Part shown: in pieces, positions 63,731 to 64,000 of the stretch
How positions within the stretch are numbered: position 1 is the first letter of the stretch
Layout: each line of letters opens with the position of its first letter
Origin: Hemiscyllium ocellatum
Taxonomy: Eukaryota
NCBI RefSeq assembly: GCF_020745735.1
Contig: NC_083417.1
Location: 72,478,001 to 72,542,000, forward strand
Reading direction: 5' to 3'
DNA: 64,000 nucleotides
Notes under the pieces: model-generated
Databases searched by the model: none
What the model was told of the DNA's origin: nothing
Seen by the model: the letters and a program-made list of their open reading frames with translations, nothing else
Translations under genes and position numbers: made by a program

Positions 63731-64000
63731 CACGAGGGGAATGGGATCAAAATGTTGTAGAAAACTGAAAAGTAAGACCACAGTTAGATTGTAGTGAAGA
63801 CCAGATATATGGATGCACCATCTGCACAGGTCAGATTTTCAAAAGAATATTGTATGCACGTTTGGTCTCCTTTTCTGAGGAAGTATACTCTTGCTCTCGG
63901 GTGATTTTAGGGATGGCAGGACTGATTGTGGGGAGAGATTGACAAGGTCAGGATTATTTTTGCTGGAGTTCAGATGAATGACATAGACACTTGTAAAATT

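Overview
Eukaryotic, AT-rich, repeat-dense genomic DNA. The repeat families (HE1-like SINEs, HER1/CR1 LINEs, Penelope-derived tails) suggest a cartilaginous fish, probably a shark; this is an inference. Most six-frame ORFs are retroelement debris. Splice-aware reading shows a small cluster of non-rearranging immunoglobulin-superfamily receptors. One + strand gene has six exons with no lesion in the inferred splice (26723-34641; leader, VJ-type V, C1-set, uncharged TM, tail with two Tyr motifs; 320 aa). Two related - strand pseudogenes (A about 4522-7317, B 55365-57007) have a different architecture: an extra Cys-containing exon and, in B, a TM-like exon with Lys. A possible further V fragment lies at about 57455-57600. 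The window also holds a decayed class III (ERV-L-like) endogenous retrovirus, whose gag segment was copied in inverted orientation into a nearby CR1. About 10 Penelope-associated minimal hammerhead motifs are present, one with an intact core (51882-51916). Other features are a roughly 1 kb tandem duplication just upstream of the intact gene, a Tx1-type LINE, pogo/Tigger-like MITEs and many CR1/SINE copies. All alignments were done by eye and repeat boundaries are approximate.
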